Shown one piece after another: positions 57,558-64,000 of a stretch of 64,000 nt of DNA. The position numbers and the translations under genes are program-made. The stretch is from a virus. Taxonomy: Duplodnaviria > Caudoviricetes. The stretch spans positions 7,554 to 71,553 of IMG/VR virus record IMGVR_UViG_3300020050_007888. One strand, 5' to 3'. The first letter of the stretch is position 1. Every line of letters starts with the position of its first letter. The notes beneath the pieces are model-generated. The model was not told the origin of the DNA. It searched no databases and worked only from the letters and a program-made list of their open reading frames with translations.

Positions 57558-57800
57558 TTACTGTTTAAACTTATATCCTTTGTAGTCCTTTTCAATCTGC
57601 GCCTTCAACCTCTTTATCTCATCGTCCATCCTGATGAGTTCGGTGCGCATTTGTGGGGCGAGGGTGATTAATGTATCATCACTATAATTGGACTGATCTT
57701 TTATGTACAGCATTTCTCCTTCTGAATGTACACCATACATATCAGCGTGCCACTCCCCCTCTGTCGGAGTGAGGGATTTAAGTTTTTCGATTAGGGGCAT
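57558..57800 (-). CDS. Hypothetical protein ending IEKDYKGYKFKQ
   Basis: LTPTEGEWH...TLITLAPQM pattern of small phage proteins; shares its 3' end with 58655..59038. Confidence 0.55.
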   Translation of the reverse strand: MPLIEKLKSLTPTEGEWHADMYGVHSEGEMLYIKDQSNYSDDTLITLAPQMRTELIRMDDEIKRLKAQIEKDYKGYKFKQ

Positions 57801-58039
57801 GTTCTATCAGGGTTTTCAAGTTTGGCTATCCTCGTTTCAAGATATTCTATTTTCTCCCATAAATCTCGAAACTCTTCTTCGCTTGATGATCTTTGTTGTT
57901 CATGTAATTTTCGCTCTAAATCTTCTATCTTTTTTCGATTGTGACGATTATCAATTTCATTACATTGTGACATCTCTGCATTTAGAGCGTCATTAATATC
58001 AGGATAATACTTTCCGTATAAATCGAATCCTCCTTTCAT
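57791..58039 (-). CDS. Coiled-coil hypothetical protein
   Basis: Heptad pattern (IEDLERKL, IEYLETRIAKLE). Confidence 0.5.
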   Translation of the reverse strand: MKGGFDLYGKYYPDINDALNAEMSQCNEIDNRHNRKKIEDLERKLHEQQRSSSEEEFRDLWEKIEYLETRIAKLENPDRTCP

Positions 58040-58047
58040 GTTGTTAT

Positions 58048-58626
<579 letters not shown>

Positions 58627-58654
58627 TTAATTATTTCCCCGCTTGGGTGGGTGG

Positions 58655-59038
58655 TTAATGTTTAAACTTATATCCTTTGTAGTCGGCTTCAATTTTTCTG
58701 TTTAGCACTTTTATTGTTTCCTCCAAAGTCTTAACGTGCTCCTCCAGCTCCCTTATGCGAGTATCACGGGAGGCGATTGCGGGTGAGGCGAGGGAGCGCA
58801 TCCATTTAGCACCTTCTCTAAACTGCTCTAACATGTGATGGTATCGCATGGCATGTGAATTACCTTTGCATGACACCTTAGCTTGCTTGTTCACCACATC
58901 ATCCCCCGGCAACTCATCGCATTGGGAGCGGTATTCTTCTAAAAGATTCATAATAAAGAATGCAGTTTTATCTTCATCTAAACAGGATATGCGGTGAAAC
59001 CTTAACTGCTGAATTATTTTGTTTTTAAGTTCTGTCAT
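58655..59038 (-). CDS. Hypothetical protein ending IEADYKGYKFKH
   Basis: FREGAKWM and a coiled-coil C-terminus. Confidence 0.55.
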   Translation of the reverse strand: MTELKNKIIQQLRFHRISCLDEDKTAFFIMNLLEEYRSQCDELPGDDVVNKQAKVSCKGNSHAMRYHHMLEQFREGAKWMRSLASPAIASRDTRIRELEEHVKTLEETIKVLNRKIEADYKGYKFKH

Positions 59039-59199
59039 GATGTCCTCCCCCTTACCACCGCAATAAACAGCGTTATTAAGCCTCCACAGGCTATTAAGAA
59101 TCCGATTGCACCAACTCTGTCATTGCTGGCTTCATTCGCCATGTAAGCCCCTCCTACCATCAGGATGAAGGCGAGGGCGATTAGTTTGTAGGTTTTCAT
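59035..59199 (-). CDS. 54-aa two-TM membrane protein not in the track
   Basis: MKTYKLIALAFILMVGGAYMA...AIGFLIACGGLITLFIAVVRGRTS; its stop overlaps the next ATG. Confidence 0.6.
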   Translation of the reverse strand: MKTYKLIALAFILMVGGAYMANEASNDRVGAIGFLIACGGLITLFIAVVRGRTS

Positions 59200-59203
59200 T
59201 TTG

Positions 59204-59398
59204 TTATTTTAATAAGTCTTGTACACTTCTCGGACTCTTGTAGCCCATTATCACGCAAATCTCTCGAATGGAATAACCCTGATCTCTAAGGCTCTTTGCA
59301 TGTTTGCGCTTCATGTCCATGTCTTTCCGCATACCGTGAGGACGCTTAATGTTTCCTGTGCCGTGACATATCGGACAGCACCATACTCCTATACTCAT
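59204..59398 (-). CDS. Small protein with a CxxCxGxG zinc knuckle and an HTH
   Basis: CPICHGTG and LRDQGYSIREICVIMGYKSPRSVQ. Confidence 0.6.
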   Translation of the reverse strand: MSIGVWCCPICHGTGNIKRPHGMRKDMDMKRKHAKSLRDQGYSIREICVIMGYKSPRSVQDLLK

Positions 59399-60295
59399 CC
59401 TCTATAAGTTTTAACACTCCCATCAGGAAGCACCGTCCTGCTCACCCCCTTCGCTATCGGGAGAACACCTGTCTGATCGTAGTCGTTGAAGTACTTGCAC
59501 CGGGCTGATCTGATAGCCTGTATCAGATTACGGTCGTGGAAGGTGCGGTTCCACTTGGTGGTGCTTAGGTTTCTGTTCATGATGTTGTAGTATTAACGGA
59601 TAGTCCTTGTCGAATTTGTTCTATTTGCGCATCAGATAGCATCCCAATTGCCCCCTCTACAATGTCTTTAAAATCTTTCATTTCTAAAACAAGAAGTTGA
59701 ACTTTAAATAAATTGTAGTCGGTAAATTTCTCTTCAACAATTGCTTTTGGGTGTTCCTTCATTATTTTATCAGACAGTTGAATCACCATCTCCCTTACTG
59801 CCATTGCCTCTACTTCCTCTTTTGAAATCCTCATATTATAAAGGGTTTCGTTAGTTATTTTCCATTGTCCTTTATACAATGAGTTACCTAACTTAAATCT
59901 CTGAAGTAGTTTGTTTATGTAGTCCATAGTTGCGGTTCATTTGATTAGTAGTATTTCTTCGTTGATGCCGTCCCAGAATGTACTATCAGGGATATGTTTT
60001 GATTGCTCCAAACTAAACGACATAATAATGCTCTCGTGATTATCAAGACAATGGGACAAGTGTCGTGGACGTTCAAATTCAATATTCTCCACAATCATCT
60101 CCCGTATCGGGGATGGGATGTGACGTAGTTTTTGTTTTAGGGTTTTCATGGTTGATTCATTTTTATAACAGATTCGACAACTGTTTTTATTAGTTCGATG
60201 GCATACTTACTATTGTCCACATAATTTAGATCGCATTGTTTAAATGGAAGTTCCACCTCAATCTCCCTGCTTCCGTGTGTTACTTTTATTTTCAT
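59395..60295 (-). other. Small hypothetical genes (59395-59580, 59577-59927, 59937-60149, and unlisted 60146-60295)
   Basis: Coupled minus-strand ORFs; 60146-60295 (MKIKVTHGSREIEVEL...) is ATGA-coupled at both ends. Confidence 0.5.
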
Positions 60296-61098
60296 GGTTT
60301 CTTCTCTAAGTAATCTTTAAATACTTCTTCTATCGGCTTAGGCTTCCATCCCACTCTATGCACCGCCATCGGGTACCACTTCTTACCGGATGGCATCATC
60401 TGTCCGTTGCTGTTGAGTACTTCCGCAATCTGCTTCATGCTCTTGCCCTCCTCCTTCATGCGAACGATTAGCTGACGTGTAGAGTAGTCAAACTTCATTG
60501 CCTGCTCCTTCCTCGCCTCCCCTCCTAAGAGGTGGTTGTCGCTTACATCAAGCACTTCCTTGAGCTTCTTGCTCTGAGCAGGCTCCCACCCTCTTGCTCT
60601 TTTAGCTGCGAGGGCTGCCTTAATCCTTCCCCTGATGATTCCAAGCTCATACTCTGCGAACATAGCCATGATACCGAACATAAACAGATTCATGCCAGGG
60701 ATGTCACAGCATACCAAATCATAGGCGTTGTTCCTTACCTTCATCGCAAACTCCGTATCTCTTGCAAGTCTGTCGAGCTTCGCTGTTATCAGTATAGCCT
60801 TCTCGGTCTTGCTCAGTAGCACCGCTTCCTCTAACTTCTTGCGGGTTCTACGGCTGCCGGACTCTACCTCTACAAACTCAGCTATAATCTCGGCATCCTT
60901 CACGTATGATGCTATGATCGCCCGCTGTGCCTCTATGCCTAATCCTTGCGCCCCTTGCTTCTTGGTGGAGACACGGAGGTAGGCAATGTATCGAGGCGGT
61001 CGATCTTTTTCTGAAGCTGGCGTATGTACGCCCTGTCCCTGCTGTTGAGTTGTTCGCGGATGTTGATCTCTATCACCAACTCTTTGATCTGATTCCAT
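60292..61098 (-). CDS. Serine recombinase (resolvase/invertase family) with a C-terminal DNA-binding region; start uncertain
   Basis: YIAYLRVSTKKQ (catalytic Ser), EVESG, KLDRLARD, AEYELGIIRGRIKAAL, and IAEVLN...GKKW...VHR. Confidence 0.9.
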   Translation of the reverse strand: MESDQRVGDRDQHPRTTQQQGQGVHTPASEKDRPPRYIAYLRVSTKKQGAQGLGIEAQRAIIASYVKDAEIIAEFVEVESGSRRTRKKLEEAVLLSKTEKAILITAKLDRLARDTEFAMKVRNNAYDLVCCDIPGMNLFMFGIMAMFAEYELGIIRGRIKAALAAKRARGWEPAQSKKLKEVLDVSDNHLLGGEARKEQAMKFDYSTRQLIVRMKEEGKSMKQIAEVLNSNGQMMPSGKKWYPMAVHRVGWKPKPIEEVFKDYLEKKP

Positions 61099-61121
61099 AG
61101 TGTGCGTTGTTTAGCATTCAT
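60939..61121 (-). CDS. Small helical ORF overlapping the recombinase start
   Basis: MNAKQRTLWNQIKELVIEINIREQL... reads as an amphipathic helix and follows an intergenic leader. Confidence 0.5.
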   Translation of the reverse strand: MNAKQRTLWNQIKELVIEINIREQLNSRDRAYIRQLQKKIDRLDTLPTSVSPPRSKGRKD

Positions 61122-61136
61122 TGTTCATGTATTGGT

Positions 61137-62452
61137 TCATAGTTCAAGTGGATATATCGCCCTGTCCATCTCCCTGAGCTTTCTCATGTCGTTTGCCATC
61201 TCCTCTACCTTGTCCCACTTGTCTTCTCCAAACCTCTCCTTGTTGATTACCTTGTTGGTGTAATACTTCCTTGCAAGGTTGGGGTCATTGGTGAAGAGTG
61301 GCTTCACTCCTATCCATGATACGAAGTAAGGCTTGAAGTGCCCTCCGGTGTGGAGGATATAGGTCTTGAATGGACTGCGGTCCACGTTGTCCGCTTTGTA
61401 TGTGCCGGCGTTGGGGTTCATGCTACAGTTAGTGTTGTTACGTGAAAGAAGTCCCAAGCCTTATAAAGGTTAATGACAGAACCAATGGTACGAATACGTA
61501 TCGTAGTCCCTTCGTCACTTATTTCTTGTATTCCATCTCGCATTATACATATACTGCCAGCATCTCGATGCAGAAATATACTGCCATCGCTTACCTCCAC
61601 CTTTGTTGCAATCCCTTCTAACAGGGTGTAGTCTATTTCAGTCATTTCTCTTTAAGTCTTTACATTCATCTTGGAGGTCCTTGTTCTCATCAGTAAGCCT
61701 GTCAACTTCGTTTTCCAATATTTGTATCTCCTCCATTAAGGCATCCATAAGGCTGTCAAGTTCGCTCTTTATGTTGTCAATCCTTCTTAATAGTTGTTTG
61801 TTAGTCATAGTCCATCTGATCTAATTGTTCTTGAATATCTTTCTCTGCAAGGCGTAGAAGTTCTTCTTTGTCGTAGGTGAAGGTGATGGACCTTGCCGGT
61901 GGTGTTACATCATCGCCCTCGCACTGGCTCACATATACCTTCACGGGTATCTCGATCTCTACGCATACTGTTGTTGTGTCGGGGGTGCGTATCATCCCTT
62001 CACCTCCCCACACCACCGGCATATATAACACTCTCCTTTCCCATACAATTTACTTGTATCGAAGATCGCTGTTACCTTCTGAGTGTCGGTGTTGCACCCA
62101 GGGCACTTCGCTCCCTTGTAATACTCTACATACTGATAGTTGTGGAGCTTGCGCCCAATGCTTCCCGCTAAGTCTGCTGCTATCGTCCTCGCTGTGCGTA
62201 TCGCGTCTTTCTTGGTCGCTGCAATCGCATAGCTGCCTGCTTCTCCCTCTCTATGAATGACGTTATATACCCTTTCTCTCCGTTCCATTGTTCTCTTTGT
62301 AGTGCATCCGCTTCGTAGGGTGTCAGCCCCATCGCGAATAGCTGTTGTCTCTGTTCTGTGGTGTCCGTTGCTGACCGGACGATCTTATTCACTGCTTGCA
62401 TGAACTTCACGCGCTGCGAAGGGTTCATGGTTCTTAGAAGGCGGTCGGACAT
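61137..62452 (-). other. Small hypothetical genes (61137-61421, 61418-61645, unlisted coiled coil 61638-61808, 61801-62031, Zn-ribbon-like 61992-62288, 62180-62452)
   Basis: Overlapping start/stop coupling; 61638-61808 reads MTNKQLLRRIDNIKSELDSLMD...; 61992-62288 has CPGC and CYICRWC. Confidence 0.5.
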
Positions 62453-62454
62453 TA

Positions 62455-63015
62455 CTACCCCTCCTCTTCTTCCTTCTGAGTGAAGTCTGCAATAAACTCC
62501 TCGTCTGTTGGTAGGCTGGCAATAAAATAACTCTTTACAAATTTAACAGGATAATACTTTCTGTCCAGAACGGGCGTGTCATCGCTGGTATAACCAAAGA
62601 ATCTTTCAGTTTCCGCCAATGGCTCCTTATTAAACCCTTCATAAACTTCAAATGTACCCTTATCCAAGTCTATTACGTATGTCCATTCGTTCATCAGGCT
62701 GTCACCGGCGAAGGCTTCACGGTTAATTAACTTTGTCGCACTCCCATTGTAGACAAGTTCTAATATCTCGGCTCCTCTGTCTCTGCTTAGGTATGAGTGC
62801 GTCTTTTGCCAGTCGCCTTTATTTATTTCTTCCAACTCCTGTTCTGTCAGCCATTCTAACGCATCCACCTTCTCTTTAAACTTCACTATATCCGCATCTC
62901 TTAAAAAGTTTAATGCGGTTACTCCTTGACCTTCTGGGTAGCCATCCCATTGACCGTACTGCGCTACTTTTGTTTTGCCTTCACTGATTACCATTGTTAA
63001 ATTTCTCGTTCCCAT
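62455..63015 (-). CDS. Phage hypothetical protein with a QYGQWDGYP motif
   Basis: MGTRNLT...AQYGQWDGYPEGQG...EWTYVIDLD resembles a recurring phage family of unknown function. Confidence 0.6.
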   Translation of the reverse strand: MGTRNLTMVISEGKTKVAQYGQWDGYPEGQGVTALNFLRDADIVKFKEKVDALEWLTEQELEEINKGDWQKTHSYLSRDRGAEILELVYNGSATKLINREAFAGDSLMNEWTYVIDLDKGTFEVYEGFNKEPLAETERFFGYTSDDTPVLDRKYYPVKFVKSYFIASLPTDEEFIADFTQKEEEEG

Positions 63016-63051
63016 TGTGTTTTGTTTGTTAGTTGTTAGTATTGTTATGTA

Positions 63052-63909
63052 TTAGAATAAACTTGCTTCAAACAGTGGCTTGTCCTTGTCCCTCTGCGGC
63101 CCTGTTGACAGTCTATCCTCAAGCATCCCATCACTCACGGGCTGTGCTAACGTCTGCGCTGCCTTGCTCCCTCTGCTATATATGCGTATCACCTGCATAT
63201 CCTTATAGCGTTTCTTGAGCGTTGCCAGGCACGTTGCAAGGTCCCCTTCCATTCTTAGTGTATGCACCTGCGTTCCGTTGGGGTGCGTTACCATTCTTAT
63301 TGTGTGCTTGTTCATGGGTTGGTCCTCCCTTGTCTCTTATGTATCATCCTTACTACTCCTTCATAGATGTATAGCATCGCATAGAATCCGGCTATACATA
63401 GTCCTGCTGTTGTGATTGGGTTCATATCCTCTCGTATTTATAGTTCTCCTCATCCTGCCACAACTGATCTGCGAAGAGTAGGGCTGTGATGCGGTCTTGG
63501 TTGTCTTGTTGTATGGTGGTATTTATCCCACCCATCCACCACCACAGACTGCAATCGTATTCTTCACGCTCTTCTGCTGTTGGCATGAAGAAGTCTATAA
63601 AAAAATCAGATGGAATGCCAGGAAGGTTTGAACAGCACCCCCTTACCTCCTTCATGTTTTTAGCTATACTCTCTGCTAATTCTCTGAATGGTGTTTTCAT
63701 AGTTCTATGGGTGTCAACTCTTCGCACCAGAAGCAATCGGTCGTTCCGTCGCTTAATTTAACTCTCAGGAATAGGTCGTCCTTCCATTCCTCTACTTCTC
63801 TCTCCACAATACTGTCAATGATTCCCGTCTGCCCTAACTGCTCCGGCAATACTGTGTCATCACTTGCGCTTGTTACCTTGTTAGCTGCCATTTGCGGGCG
63901 ACAGTACAT
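63052..63909 (-). other. Small hypothetical genes (63052-63315, 63422-63736, 63697-63909)
   Basis: Continuation of the minus-strand small-gene array. Confidence 0.45.
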
Positions 63910-64000
63910 ATCTCGGCATTAGTTCCCCTTGATGCTTTTCTACTCCTTTAAAAACAAGTGTTTTGTTTTCAATTAGCGGACGTATCACTTCATGCCTAAC

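Noticed and set aside
60292-61098. Integrase with att sites or an invertible segment
   Set aside because: The protein is resolvase-sized, and no attP-like or long inverted repeat was found by eye. Lifestyle cannot be inferred from it.
61603-61824. Plus-strand 73-aa ORF in the track
   Set aside because: It is the shadow of a minus-strand coiled-coil ORF (61638-61808) that fits the operon.

Overview
The whole 64 kb reads as part of one tailed dsDNA phage genome, most likely a podovirus-like phage of a Bacteroidota host. Support for the host: recurrent TAnnTTTG/TTTG promoters, A/C-rich leaders without Shine-Dalgarno sites, a DUF3127-type SSB, and signal peptides followed by Gln. From left to right the window holds: the end of a Twinkle/T7-gp4-like primase-helicase; a PD-(D/E)xK nuclease; a very unusual C5 DNA methyltransferase locus; a glycosylation cluster (three glycosyltransferases and an NDP-sugar epimerase/dehydratase); head genes; tail ring and nozzle genes; ejection proteins including a 2341-aa polyvalent protein; and a 1476-aa signal-peptide LamG/Ig-repeat/FN3 protein. 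A convergent minus-strand packaging block follows (portal, intein-containing terminase, N6A/N4C methylase, double GroES). Next come a lysis-like block with a secreted collagen protein, a RecT/exonuclease/SSB module, a detached tail-fibre-like cassette with a protein phosphatase, and a minus-strand array of small genes with a serine recombinase. The top candidate for an undescribed system is the C5 methylase. Its catalytic GGFP|CQ motif is split by an in-frame TAA-CTA, and a second subunit with five LLPTP repeats plus motif IX is encoded in an overlapping +1 frame. All product calls come from motif recognition by eye; no database searches were run.
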